The notes under the pieces are model-generated. The model saw only the letters and a program-made list of their open reading frames with translations, ran no database searches and was not told where the DNA came from. From a virus, in IMG/VR virus record IMGVR_UViG_3300025405_000011, positions 68,619 to 132,618 of that record: 64,000 nucleotides of DNA; one strand, given 5' to 3'. Position numbers and translations under genes: made by a program. Shown here piece by piece: positions 38,816-48,103 of the stretch (position 1 is its first letter; each line of letters begins with the position of its first letter).

Positions 38816-39364
38816 TTAGTTGTCAGAAGACTTGGCTGAGTTTGCTTTTTCTTCTTTAATGGCTTTATCAACTGCACCAGCATGTTCTTCTTCACTGGAC
38901 TCTAGCTCTCCATCACCATCATAGTCTTTATCAGCTTTATCAGCTTTAGAAGCTTTCCTAGATTGACAACCAGCGCCTGATGGACAGTGCCATCCCTGGC
39001 TGGATTTATGTCCAGTATTGCCCTTACAAGATGCACAAGAGCCTACATTATCACCAAAGTTGTGAGAATCAGCAAGTTTACACATTTGACAATTGGCATG
39101 ACGAATCTTCCACTCTTCATGAAGTGCTCTTACAAGCTTGGCTTTAGAGTCACTTACCGTAGCCATACGTCTACGAGCAACACGCTCAATATCTTCTTCA
39201 ATCATTTGACAACGAAAAGCAAACTCTTTGTCACTGTGAGCGAGAAACAAAAATTCTCCGGTTTGTGTTAGTAATTCATGTTTTGCAGTGATAATGTTCT
39301 TGCCGGCCGTTTTGGCTTCAAAAACAAGATTGACTGAATCGTCATAATCGAACATCGAGGTCAT
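38816..39364 (-). CDS. Hypothetical head-region protein
   Basis: 182 aa with KTAG, RKAS and CASC..HCPSGAGC. RBS GGAG. Confidence 0.65.
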   Translation of the reverse strand: MTSMFDYDDSVNLVFEAKTAGKNIITAKHELLTQTGEFLFLAHSDKEFAFRCQMIEEDIERVARRRMATVSDSKAKLVRALHEEWKIRHANCQMCKLADSHNFGDNVGSCASCKGNTGHKSSQGWHCPSGAGCQSRKASKADKADKDYDGDGELESSEEEHAGAVDKAIKEEKANSAKSSDN

Positions 39365-39459
39365 GATGTGCTCCGTATTCTGCCATTTCTGGCGCTGGAC
39401 TAAAGTAATACACTACCTAGTCTATTGTCACTAGTAGTTTACATGGTAGAAGGTACTAT

Positions 39460-39741
39460 TTACTCTTCTTTTTCAAGGTTTGGTATATCTGGGTGGTGTT
39501 TAATAATATGGTTTAGTTTATTGTGTAGTTCTTCGTGCTCAGACTTAATGTGTCTTTTTACAAAAGCTTCAATTGCTCTACGAACTGTTGGGTAGACTAT
39601 GCTAGTGACAGTGGCTACGATTACTGCCCACCAAACTCCAGCACCAATATTGGTTTTAACTGGTTCCCAAGCCATAGTAGAAATAGTTTCATGCCTAAGT
39701 AAGTCGAGATAGTGTATAAATAGATGGAAATACCAATGCAT
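39460..39741 (-). CDS. Small membrane protein
   Basis: One hydrophobic segment (IGAGVWWAVIVATVTSIVY). Confidence 0.55.
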   Translation of the reverse strand: MHWYFHLFIHYLDLLRHETISTMAWEPVKTNIGAGVWWAVIVATVTSIVYPTVRRAIEAFVKRHIKSEHEELHNKLNHIIKHHPDIPNLEKEE

Positions 39742-39773
39742 ATTACTAAATTGACACTATTAGAGTTTTACAG

Positions 39774-39844
39774 TTCCGGGGCTAGGGCTCGAACCTAGAA
39801 TGACAGATTCAAAGTCTGTAGTGTTGCCATTACACTACCCCGGA
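39774..39844 (-). tRNA. tRNA-Gln (TTG), CCA not encoded
   Basis: TCCGGGG acceptor stem, anticodon arm ACAGA-CTTTGAA-TCTGT, T-loop TTCGAGC, trailer A-CTG. Confidence 0.93.
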
Positions 39845-39849
39845 TTGCC

Positions 39850-40608
39850 CTAACGATAACTTTTTTTCTTCCAGATGTTTTTACGGTACCAACCGTCTAG
39901 TAGTTCATCTAATTTAGGTGAAGATGAACTCCACGTCTCTGATCTACTTTCATGCCACATACTGGGATTTTGTTTAAGTTTCCACTCTTCACGTCTAAAA
40001 GGTATAACTTGAGCGATTGGAGTTCCAGCTGGAATAGTCCCTTCAAAGTCTTTTCTAAGGTAAAAACTGGCATTTGCTCCAGGCATGGCATAGTCATCCA
40101 CTACTCCAGTAAGAGTATAGAAAGGTAACTCAAATCGATTAAACGGATGAGTTATAATCATACTATAACCGTCTGGGGGTCTAATACTTACATGTAGGAA
40201 CCAATGAAAATGTTCAAATTCATCTCCATATCCTGCAGGACCCACCATGGGGTTGGTAACATGTGGTGGCCTAGCTTCTAGTGGGCGGCCTAGTTCATCT
40301 TCTAGTTTTTTGTCCCATTCAACAACTATACGTCCATCTACTCTCTTAAAAGTTACATCTTGATCTAGTAATATATAATACCCTAAACCAAGAGCATCAA
40401 GGAAGGGCATACAGTGCTTAAGACCCGGCCACTCAGGCATTCCATAATTTAAATCTTCTGGTATTTCTACCCAACGCTTGGTTTGTTTATACCAGTCAGG
40501 AGTCATAGTTACTGCTGGGCGTACTATTTTACTATACCCACTACTCGAGTCATATTCTAGAATAGTTTTGGGTACAGTTAGTTTTTGTTGTTTCTTCTTT
40601 TTAAACAT
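39850..40608 (-). CDS. Conserved phage protein, possibly dUTPase-like beta fold (paralogue 1)
   Basis: K.CMPFLDA...GY, HPFNRFELPFYTL.GVVD, F.G.IP.GTPI.QVIPF.RE.W. Confidence 0.6.
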   Translation of the reverse strand: MFKKKKQQKLTVPKTILEYDSSSGYSKIVRPAVTMTPDWYKQTKRWVEIPEDLNYGMPEWPGLKHCMPFLDALGLGYYILLDQDVTFKRVDGRIVVEWDKKLEDELGRPLEARPPHVTNPMVGPAGYGDEFEHFHWFLHVSIRPPDGYSMIITHPFNRFELPFYTLTGVVDDYAMPGANASFYLRKDFEGTIPAGTPIAQVIPFRREEWKLKQNPSMWHESRSETWSSSSPKLDELLDGWYRKNIWKKKSYR

Positions 40609-41291
40609 TATTTATAGCTCTTTTTCTTCCAACCAAGTCTACGATACCAGTCATGTGGCCCTTTTCTTTCATGATCTCTAGCTTCTCGTACTAGATTCTT
40701 GTCTTCTTTACTGACCCATTCTTCTCTCTTAAAAGGTATCACTTGAATAATTGGAGTACCTTTGGGTATTAACCCTTCAAACCCTTGCTTTAGATACCAG
40801 GGCACATTACCCCCAGGTATAGCAGCATCACCATCAATAATTGCACTTAGAGTATAGAATGGTAAATCAGTTCTATTTAAAGGGTGTGTATAGAGTGCAC
40901 TATAGCCATCGGGAAGTTTAATTGCTGCTCCATAAATCCAAGTAAAATGATAATCCTCATAGCCAGTAGGAGTAGGCATAGGGTCAGTCTGTAGACTGCT
41001 TCTAGCACCTATTCTACCGCTCTTAAATCTTATAATGGGCTCATTGTCTTCGTTTCTTTCAACTAGTATATCGGTCCATAGATTGATAGTATAGCCAGTT
41101 GTTAGTGAATCAAGAAAGGGTACACATGCTTTTACTGATAACTGTTCTTCATGTTCTCCAGAAATTATGACCTTACGAGGTATTTTTCTATACCAGTCTG
41201 GGGTATTTTTAACTGCAGGAGTAAACTCATCTGGAAAATGTTCACTGTGATAGAATACTATTTGTTTAGTGTTAGTTTCTTTTTTTGACAT
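40608..41291 (-). CDS. Conserved phage protein, possibly dUTPase-like beta fold (paralogue 2)
   Basis: Same motifs as its neighbour: KACVPFLD, HPLNRTDLPFYTL, GTPIIQVIPFKRE, WKKKSY. Confidence 0.6.
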   Translation of the reverse strand: MSKKETNTKQIVFYHSEHFPDEFTPAVKNTPDWYRKIPRKVIISGEHEEQLSVKACVPFLDSLTTGYTINLWTDILVERNEDNEPIIRFKSGRIGARSSLQTDPMPTPTGYEDYHFTWIYGAAIKLPDGYSALYTHPLNRTDLPFYTLSAIIDGDAAIPGGNVPWYLKQGFEGLIPKGTPIIQVIPFKREEWVSKEDKNLVREARDHERKGPHDWYRRLGWKKKSYK

Positions 41292-41292
41292 A

Positions 41293-41709
41293 CTAACCTA
41301 ACTCTCTCATAACTAGTTCTACTTCTTCATCTATAGTTAGCCCATCTTTAATGTGAACATTAACCATATTAGAAGGGTCTTGCCACATTAAGTTGGTATC
41401 TTCATATCTACCGGCCTTGATGCGATCTACCCATACTACTAGATCAGATTCTCCAAATGCTCTTCTAGTGTCTTCAGTAGGGCAAATAAAATCTACTACT
41501 ACATAGTAGTCTTGTTCTTTTAATAAACGAGCCATTCCACCCAAACGACGAGAATGTTCAATTCGATCTTCATGAGAGAAACCTAAATCATAATTGACAA
41601 AATCTCTTACCTGATCGGCATTAAGATGTATTGCTTTGATCTGCTCTGCTAGTGCTTGTGCAAGAGATGTCTTACCGGCTCCGGGCAGTCCAATAATTTG
41701 AATAATCAT
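41293..41709 (-). CDS. cysC: Adenylylsulfate (APS) kinase-like P-loop protein
   Basis: GLPGAGKT P-loop, LNADQVR..DLGFS.EDR.E..RR, DFICP. True start MIIQ at 41709 with AAGGAG RBS; the longer ORF-track start overlaps the tRNA. Shorter than canonical CysC. Confidence 0.7.
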   Translation of the reverse strand: MIIQIIGLPGAGKTSLAQALAEQIKAIHLNADQVRDFVNYDLGFSHEDRIEHSRRLGGMARLLKEQDYYVVVDFICPTEDTRRAFGESDLVVWVDRIKAGRYEDTNLMWQDPSNMVNVHIKDGLTIDEEVELVMRELG

Positions 41710-41726
41710 ATTGCTCCTTTTGACAG

Positions 41727-41798
41727 CTCCCTGGGATGGATTCGAACCACCGACCAAGTCATTAACAGTGACCCGCTCTGCCGCTGAGCTACCAGGGA
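41727..41798 (-). tRNA. tRNA-Asn (GTT), CCA not encoded
   Basis: TCCCTGG/CCAGGGA acceptor, anticodon loop CTGTTAA, T-loop TTCGAAT, trailer G-CTG. Confidence 0.93.
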
Positions 41799-41808
41799 AT
41801 AAAACTAT

Positions 41809-42420
41809 TTATGAATTTGAAAGAATTTGAGCCACAATTGGGTTGGGTATACCCTTGGGAGCTTCTGTCCAAGTTCTAGTGCCAAACTTAATTGGTTTGT
41901 TGTTAATATTCTCCATCATAGGACCTTTACAGATTGCAACTCTAAACTTAGTTCCATCGGTTGCAGTTAATGTTCTGGGCTCTACTACACAAGGAAAAGA
42001 CCATTGATTACTACTTCCACCACCAGGTGTTATAGTGTTTTTAAAGTTACGGTGTACCGGGGTCATATTGACCCAACTGCCATCGGTTTGCTTGATGGGG
42101 AAAGTACTAGGCACTCCAAACAATGACCATACTGTTGCAAATGTTCCGTCTGGAGTTAGTTTACTATTAGTAAGATCTAGATTAGCAAATGAAGCACCCG
42201 TAGTGATAATTGGGCACTCAGAAAGTCCTAGTCGATACCTAACACCATTAATAATAATGTGTTGATTAAGAGGTTTAGTGCCACTAGCAGCACAAAGTGC
42301 ATAAGGTAGATCATTATACTGCTTTAGTTTAATACCTGTACTTTTTGTAGAGATACCGACTGTAAATACTCCTACAGCAATAAGTATAACCGTAGCTATA
42401 GCAATTATTCTTTTTGACAT
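41809..42420 (-). CDS. Secreted/membrane-anchored Cys-containing protein of unknown function
   Basis: Start MSKRIIAIATVILIAVGVF (signal/TM) at 42420; four spaced Cys. Confidence 0.65.
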   Translation of the reverse strand: MSKRIIAIATVILIAVGVFTVGISTKSTGIKLKQYNDLPYALCAASGTKPLNQHIIINGVRYRLGLSECPIITTGASFANLDLTNSKLTPDGTFATVWSLFGVPSTFPIKQTDGSWVNMTPVHRNFKNTITPGGGSSNQWSFPCVVEPRTLTATDGTKFRVAICKGPMMENINNKPIKFGTRTWTEAPKGIPNPIVAQILSNS

Positions 42421-42440
42421 ATTGATTTCTTTCTTTAAAG

Positions 42441-42517
42441 TGGCGACCTTGATGGGACTTGAACCCACGACATCCAGCTTGACAAGCTGGCGCTCTAACC
42501 AACTGAGCTACAAGGCC
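42441..42517 (-). tRNA. tRNA-Asp (GTC), CCA encoded
   Basis: GGCCTTG acceptor, anticodon arm CCAGC-TTGTCAA-GCTGG, T-loop TTCAAGT, ends GCCA. Confidence 0.95.
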
Positions 42518-42523
42518 TAAAAA

Positions 42524-42802
42524 CTAAGCCTTCTTTGTAGCTGCAGCTTTCTTAGCAGGAGCTGGTACTGGAGCAACAGCTGGAGCTGCTGGAAGTGCAC
42601 CAAGAAGCCATGAAAGCTTTGGGTATTTCTTTTCTGCAGCACGAATGGCACCATAGTAAACTGTTGAGAATACTGGAGCAAGAACAGCAAACTGTCCACT
42701 CTTGAGACTCCAACCTTTACTTGCAAACCAGGCCACTACTGTACCTACTGCAACTGGAACACCAGTTCTTACAACATTACGGATATACGCTTGTGTATTC
42801 AT
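42524..42802 (-). CDS. Probable holin (two TM, actinophage type)
   Basis: VRTGVPVAVGTVVAWF...YYGAIR..E..YP..SWLLG, with a basic A/K/P tail. Confidence 0.6.
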   Translation of the reverse strand: MNTQAYIRNVVRTGVPVAVGTVVAWFASKGWSLKSGQFAVLAPVFSTVYYGAIRAAEKKYPKLSWLLGALPAAPAVAPVPAPAKKAAATKKA

Positions 42803-42814
42803 ATTTTCTTCTTT

Positions 42815-42973
42815 CTATTGATCTTTGTATTTCAAAGAAACTTGGACATTGTTCACTTGGGTTCTGAGGCTATTGGCCAGTCCAGTGATAGTTTCGGTAA
42901 TTTCAGAATTAGCGAGTTCATCACTTTGTAGATTCATAGCATCATAACTAATTGTAATGGTTATTTTTTTCAT
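42815..42973 (-). CDS. Small hypothetical protein (52 aa)
   Basis: MKKITITISYDAMN...; fills the gap; preceded by TTGATT-17-TAAGTT. Confidence 0.45.
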   Translation of the reverse strand: MKKITITISYDAMNLQSDELANSEITETITGLANSLRTQVNNVQVSLKYKDQ

Positions 42974-43023
42974 AAAACTAACTTAATACCTTATTTTAAA
43001 GAAATCAAGTTTTTTAAGAATTT

Positions 43024-43575
43024 TTAATTTTCATTAACTTTAGTGCTGTCTACATCAAAAGCTGAAGCAAGGTCAGCTGGCATCATCTGGTATGGATTGC
43101 GGTTAAAGACTATTCCACCGGCCCAGAGACTTTGTGCAACTACAGCACTACAAATCATACTGTTGTTTAAAGAAAATTGCAATTTAATTCCGGTTAAAAG
43201 TTCTAGAGTAATACTGGCAATAGTGAACCAACCGTATTGGTCTTTAAGAAAACTCTTACAGGCCAATACTGCTTGATCTCTACTCTGCTTGTTGAGCTTG
43301 GTGTTAACCAGATAGTATTGAACATTTTTGTATTCGTCAATATGACCATAGCTAACTCCACGGCCTACTGCTTCTATAAGAGCGCCATCTTCACTTACTA
43401 TCATAGCAGCATGGTTCCAAAAAGAAAAGTTTTTCATCTTGCCATGATATCTAAGAAACTGACCTAGTCTAATGATCTTGGCTGGAATACCATTGGTACT
43501 AACCAGTATAAAGTCTCCCGGGGTAAATTTCTTAGGACTAGTACCGGCTTCGTATACCTTATAGTTCTGAGTCAT
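43024..43575 (-). CDS. Permuted papain-like amidase (YiiX/YebB-like NlpC/P60)
   Basis: PGDFILV, WNHAAMI (His before Cys), ICSAVVA. Confidence 0.7.
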   Translation of the reverse strand: MTQNYKVYEAGTSPKKFTPGDFILVSTNGIPAKIIRLGQFLRYHGKMKNFSFWNHAAMIVSEDGALIEAVGRGVSYGHIDEYKNVQYYLVNTKLNKQSRDQAVLACKSFLKDQYGWFTIASITLELLTGIKLQFSLNNSMICSAVVAQSLWAGGIVFNRNPYQMMPADLASAFDVDSTKVNEN

Positions 43576-44653
43576 CTATATCACTTTCATATGTATAGTA
43601 TTCGTTTATTCCAAAGTGTACTGAACCGGTTGTAGCTTCATTACTGAACCAACCTTCTACATCACTGCCATTGCCCAGAGTGGGTCTAGGCCCCATTTCG
43701 GCTGAATCATTAACTACTTCTAGCCCTTCATGCTTTTCTGTACTAGCACCAATACCGAACTGTAAGGGAGCACTCTTGGCTCTACTCTTGGTAGCGAAAC
43801 TATCATCCTGTACATTTCCTACAGGTTGTTCATCATAAAAACTACCAAAGTTTATAGCAGGAGCAGTGCCTAAATCTGGGTCATCTTTTAGTCGTCTAGT
43901 GGGTCCTGTAGTTTTGGGTGGGCCAGCTGTTACATCTATTCCATACTCGTGAGCTACTGCAGCAGGATCTCCAAAAAAACCACCTTCGGCATCTCCACCA
44001 CCGAGTGCAGTGTGTACGGAGCCTATAGGCATTATCTTAGATACTGGTTCAGCAGTGTCTTTTTTGAGATCGGTAATGTCACTTAGTACTTCAGGGTTAA
44101 CGGGTTCTCCTACTTCATTATGAGCAAAAGGAATCATATCAGTTTCTGTGGGGTCAGCATAACGACTATTAAAGCTTCTAGTTCTAGAGCCCTTACGTCT
44201 TAATGGAGGCCCATCTGGACGATCACCCATGTCTATTTTATATTCTGTATGTTCCATGGGTTCTCCATCAATCCACATAACCTCGTCTACACCGGTCCTG
44301 CGTTCAGGTCCAACTTCAGGTCCGAAACCACCTACTGAACCTTCGCCTAACTCTCTTGATTCCTTGTTCCAGGAAGTCGTCTTGGGGAGTCTAAGTATCT
44401 GTATAGATCTTATAGCTTCTTGTGTAGAAACAGTTTGGATAAAATAATTCCATAGTAGTTTTTCACGAATTCCAGAGGGAGTTAGATCACTACTAGTGTT
44501 TATGGAGATAATTAATCCATCATCCAGTACGGTAACCTCAGGGTCAGCATCATAGCCTTGGAATTGTGCAATTAGACTCTTTACAACTGAGTCACGATTC
44601 TCTGAAGTAACATAAGGGTTAAATTTACACTTAAAGTTTTTACGACCAGCCAT
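43559..44653 (-). CDS. Hypothetical acidic head-region protein
   Basis: 364 aa, RBS AGGAG, internal FNSRYA motif. Confidence 0.65.
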   Translation of the reverse strand: MAGRKNFKCKFNPYVTSENRDSVVKSLIAQFQGYDADPEVTVLDDGLIISINTSSDLTPSGIREKLLWNYFIQTVSTQEAIRSIQILRLPKTTSWNKESRELGEGSVGGFGPEVGPERRTGVDEVMWIDGEPMEHTEYKIDMGDRPDGPPLRRKGSRTRSFNSRYADPTETDMIPFAHNEVGEPVNPEVLSDITDLKKDTAEPVSKIMPIGSVHTALGGGDAEGGFFGDPAAVAHEYGIDVTAGPPKTTGPTRRLKDDPDLGTAPAINFGSFYDEQPVGNVQDDSFATKSRAKSAPLQFGIGASTEKHEGLEVVNDSAEMGPRPTLGNGSDVEGWFSNEATTGSVHFGINEYYTYESDIDDSEL

Positions 44654-44693
44654 AGTACTCCTAGATTACAAACTTATTGAGTTCGTAGAGTTT

Positions 44694-45548
44694 TTACAGG
44701 TTGGGATACTTTTTAGACATAAAGTTCTCTAGACTAGAACCTTCATAGCGTCGGCATAAGTAGTCTAGAGAAATAAACATAGGGTCATAACTACCATTCT
44801 TGACTTGATGTTTAACTATGATTCCTCGCCAGTGGGCATTTCCTTGAGGTCCTTTGTAGTCTTCGTCGTGAAGATAACACGCGCCTGCAACCAATCCGTG
44901 TTGTGATTTTCCCGCCACGAACCGCAAACCGTACATAAGGGTCTGTTGATGTCCCATACTGAATGTATGCCCAATTGTCTTGAGTCTTGTTTCGATGTTT
45001 TGTCCACCATAGGGTTTTCCAGTCATAGGGTTATAGAAATAGTGACTATAGAAGACTCCGTCTAAACAGATGGGCTGAGTATAGTCACTGACTCTCCAAC
45101 CACTCTTTTCATAGTCTAGTTTATCTAGAGAAAGCATTCCCTCTAGTTGAGGATTAGCATCTATGGTACGATTGATTCTATCTTCATGATTACCGAGTGT
45201 AATATAGCGTTCAGGGTTCCAGATTTTTTGTTTGGTCTTTTTACGTCCTTCATTAAAATCATAAAGAGGTTGATTAAGAACTCTCCAGGCTTCATTAGCC
45301 GAGTCAAGGTCGTCTTGATAACGACGTCCTTCCATCTTCTTTTTACCGGCATCCCAGTGTGATAGAGAAGGCATATCTGCATGATCACCAATATGGACTA
45401 TTTTAATATTTTTATTGTGATACTCTTCAACAATAAACATACCAATCCAATTGAGGTGGTCTGTAGGTACATCAAGCTTGGCTTGTGTATCTGGAATCAT
45501 AATGTGTGTTACGGGTAAGGCTTCTACTTCGGAAATCGGTTCGGTCAC
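44694..45548 (-). CDS. Calcineurin-like metallophosphoesterase
   Basis: IPDTQ, IGDHADM, LGNHEDR, SHYF and GHQQ motifs. Confidence 0.85.
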   Translation of the reverse strand: MTEPISEVEALPVTHIMIPDTQAKLDVPTDHLNWIGMFIVEEYHNKNIKIVHIGDHADMPSLSHWDAGKKKMEGRRYQDDLDSANEAWRVLNQPLYDFNEGRKKTKQKIWNPERYITLGNHEDRINRTIDANPQLEGMLSLDKLDYEKSGWRVSDYTQPICLDGVFYSHYFYNPMTGKPYGGQNIETRLKTIGHTFSMGHQQTLMYGLRFVAGKSQHGLVAGACYLHDEDYKGPQGNAHWRGIIVKHQVKNGSYDPMFISLDYLCRRYEGSSLENFMSKKYPNL

Positions 45549-45556
45549 TATATTCC

Positions 45557-45706
45557 TTAGCTTGGTAGATTATCCCCATCAGCATTGGGGTCATTAGTAT
45601 TGTCTGGGTCTTCTGCTTGAGCTTTTGTTACTTTCTGATCAGTAAGTGTTGCACTATTTGGGTCTAGTGGTTGACTATACTTAATTGGTTGGCTGTATCT
45701 AATCAT
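45557..45706 (-). CDS. Small hypothetical peptide (49 aa)
   Basis: MIRYSQPIKYSQPLDPN...; fills the gap exactly. Confidence 0.45.
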   Translation of the reverse strand: MIRYSQPIKYSQPLDPNSATLTDQKVTKAQAEDPDNTNDPNADGDNLPS

Positions 45707-45711
45707 AGAAT

Positions 45712-46005
45712 TTAATGCCTTTCTAAATGGAAATCAACTTTTTTCTTTAATGCATCTTGCAGAAACTTTTCTGCTTTATTTTTATCTTTGGGTAAAGCAC
45801 CCTGCCAAGAAATGGCTTGGTTACCTGAAACTTTTATCTGGCCTGAATGTCTGCCACCTTCTCCGATGAGTAGTGCTTCGAACTGTAGTTCACACTTGGG
45901 ACATTTCCAAATTTGAGTGGTATCAAATGGAAGTTCAATAGAGGTGTCTACGGCATTATACTTATTAAAAGTGACACCCTCAGGCAATTGTAAAGGTTCT
46001 GACAT
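45712..46005 (-). CDS. Hypothetical protein with CxxC/HxxxH
   Basis: CPKC...HLERH, 97 aa. Confidence 0.55.
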   Translation of the reverse strand: MSEPLQLPEGVTFNKYNAVDTSIELPFDTTQIWKCPKCELQFEALLIGEGGRHSGQIKVSGNQAISWQGALPKDKNKAEKFLQDALKKKVDFHLERH

Positions 46006-46006
46006 A

Positions 46007-46237
46007 CTAGATGGACTTAAATGCCGACATTCCTAGATCTTCGAGATAGTCCTGTACAGTACGTCCATTGGAATCAGCAATGGCATTTAATGCACTAAGT
46101 AAAATTCCAGTCAAGCAACTGAATAGTTCAATCGGGTCCGACTCCAATACCATTTCGTAAGCTAGTTCTTCTTGCTCACTAAGTATTGCTGTTAGGATTC
46201 CAACAACATTCCTGATGTTTTCTGCGGTGGTATCCAT
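46007..46237 (-). CDS. Small helical hypothetical protein
   Basis: Start MDTTAEN coupled (TAATG) to the dps stop. Confidence 0.55.
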   Translation of the reverse strand: MDTTAENIRNVVGILTAILSEQEELAYEMVLESDPIELFSCLTGILLSALNAIADSNGRTVQDYLEDLGMSAFKSI

Positions 46238-46740
46238 TATCTCTCCCCTAAAGAAGCTTTGAGCTGCCAATCCCACTTTTGATGCATATCAATTCGTTCA
46301 GCTATAAAGTTAGCTACACCTTGTTCATTCTCTTTATTGGCAATATCAAAAGTCTTCTTGAGTGTTTCTATTACTCTGGTATTCTTCTCTTTAAGATTAC
46401 GAGCTAATATTATAGGCTCGGTCTCCGTAGTTACAACTTCAGTGATATTGGCCATCTCGACTAGAGATTTTAGAGAGATGGGCGCACTGTAACCGAGTTT
46501 TAAAATGTTTTCAGCAATAGCATCAATGCTCTCGTATACATCAGAATAGATGGCTTCAAAAAGAGCGTGATACTGAGCAAAGTCAGTGCCTTTAACATTC
46601 CAGTGTGAAGAATGAGACATATAATAGAAAACAGTAACATCTGATAGAGTTACTTGAAGTGAATGAACTAGAGAATCTTTTGAAGACTCTTCTTGAGGTT
46701 CCTCAGCGGCTAGAACCTTAAACCCGTTCCATTGTTCCAT
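46237..46740 (-). CDS. dps: Dps/ferritin-like DNA protection protein
   Basis: HWNVKG.DF..YH.LFE.IY....D.IAE.I..LG ferroxidase signature and H.K..W.L C-terminus. Confidence 0.9.
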   Translation of the reverse strand: MEQWNGFKVLAAEEPQEESSKDSLVHSLQVTLSDVTVFYYMSHSSHWNVKGTDFAQYHALFEAIYSDVYESIDAIAENILKLGYSAPISLKSLVEMANITEVVTTETEPIILARNLKEKNTRVIETLKKTFDIANKENEQGVANFIAERIDMHQKWDWQLKASLGER

Positions 46741-47450
46741 TATAGCCAGTTAAGGTCTTCTCCGAAAGATTCATTGACTGAATTCTCTACAAAAGTAGCA
46801 GCCAACTTGTTTATACGTCCGGCTTCAATACTTCTAAGAGTGCTACCTTCTTTTTTAGCTCTACGGCAAATCTCTGCATTGTCTACAAAATTGTCGATGA
46901 TTGCTGCTCGCTTTTCTACATCGAGAATTGGCAGTGTCTTTTGCTCTACATAGAATACAGCAGCTTCACGAGTGTTAATCTGATCACTGAGAAGTTGTGA
47001 AGTCTGATCTTCTACCCAAACTTCTGCACCGGCAGTTACAAAATTAATCCAGTCGGCATCTTCAAACTCATCTTCAATTGATCTTGCTGTACGGTATAGA
47101 AGTGAGCCATCGTCTTCTCCGAGGTCACTGGTACCGGCACTACTAACACGATAGACACTGGCAACAGTTCCACCTGGAAGACTCTGTAAGTAGTCTTCAG
47201 TGTCAAAGTCTACCCATTCACTGGCTACTTTTTCTAGTGCTTCTTTTTCGGCATCTGTAGCAGTAATAATGTTAGTGAACTCATCTAGTTCGGCTTGACT
47301 AACATTAGGGTTAGAAGCGGCCATACGTGTAGTTTCGAGTAGTTCTTGTAGTCGGTCTAGTCTATTAAAGATACTGTCCGAGCTGCCATTGAACCACTGG
47401 GTATCTGCGGTCACTTTACTGGCTGTTCTTAGGAGATCATTATTGTCCAT
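46740..47450 (-). CDS. Acidic helical head-region protein (scaffold/core-like)
   Basis: RTAS, KVTA, RMAAS, KVAS, RTAR and KLAA motifs. Confidence 0.6.
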   Translation of the reverse strand: MDNNDLLRTASKVTADTQWFNGSSDSIFNRLDRLQELLETTRMAASNPNVSQAELDEFTNIITATDAEKEALEKVASEWVDFDTEDYLQSLPGGTVASVYRVSSAGTSDLGEDDGSLLYRTARSIEDEFEDADWINFVTAGAEVWVEDQTSQLLSDQINTREAAVFYVEQKTLPILDVEKRAAIIDNFVDNAEICRRAKKEGSTLRSIEAGRINKLAATFVENSVNESFGEDLNWL

Positions 47451-47512
47451 GTCAGATTCTTTCTCTGTTCTTGTTGTCTATAGGTTAGTGCGAATAAAAA
47501 TTACAATACAGC

Positions 47513-48103
47513 TTACATATTTTGATTAAGTGTAGATTCAGAACCATTTTGATTACTGAGTCCTTGGATACCATTTGCATCTACGCCTATACCGGCTCCA
47601 CCGGCTCCACCACCACCAGGACCAAACTGTCCTATACCTGGATTAGATACTGTAGAGGGTCTAGGGGGTTGATGGGCATCAAGACCGGGGTCAGTTTGTG
47701 CAGCCATATTGGCTGCGGGTGCAACTGATTCAAAATTGGTATTACTAGTGTCAAGAGGCATAGCGGTAGAACCACCACCAAACTGTCCTGCTTGTCGAGC
47801 TAAAGAGGCAACATGGCTTTTCTTTTGTTTCATGTAGGCCGATTGCTGAGCTTTTTGCATTGCCTTTTTCTTTTGTTCATCATTGCCCTGAGTATAGCCA
47901 TGGCATACTGCTTTATCTCCGGGTCCCTTGTAGCCTGGAAAACCATCAGCAGTCTGACATTCAGTAACACCAACACCAGTAGCAAATTTAAAGTCTAGAG
48001 TCACTGAGGATAGAACCGCTTTACAGCCTATGCACCAAGCGTCTTCTCCAATACTACTGACTCTAACTATTACTTGTCCGTCACAAAGTGGGCAGTTATT
48101 CAT
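47513..48103 (-). CDS. Hypothetical protein with N-terminal Zn ribbon
   Basis: CPLC..CIGC, then C...GFPGYKGP...CH.Y. Confidence 0.6.
   Translation of the reverse strand: MNNCPLCDGQVIVRVSSIGEDAWCIGCKAVLSSVTLDFKFATGVGVTECQTADGFPGYKGPGDKAVCHGYTQGNDEQKKKAMQKAQQSAYMKQKKSHVASLARQAGQFGGGSTAMPLDTSNTNFESVAPAANMAAQTDPGLDAHQPPRPSTVSNPGIGQFGPGGGGAGGAGIGVDANGIQGLSNQNGSESTLNQNM

Noticed and set aside
41710-42468. N-terminal extensions of the 154-aa and 219-aa ORFs in the track
   Set aside because: They overlap tRNA-Asn and tRNA-Asp. Downstream ATGs at 41709 and 42420 fit better.
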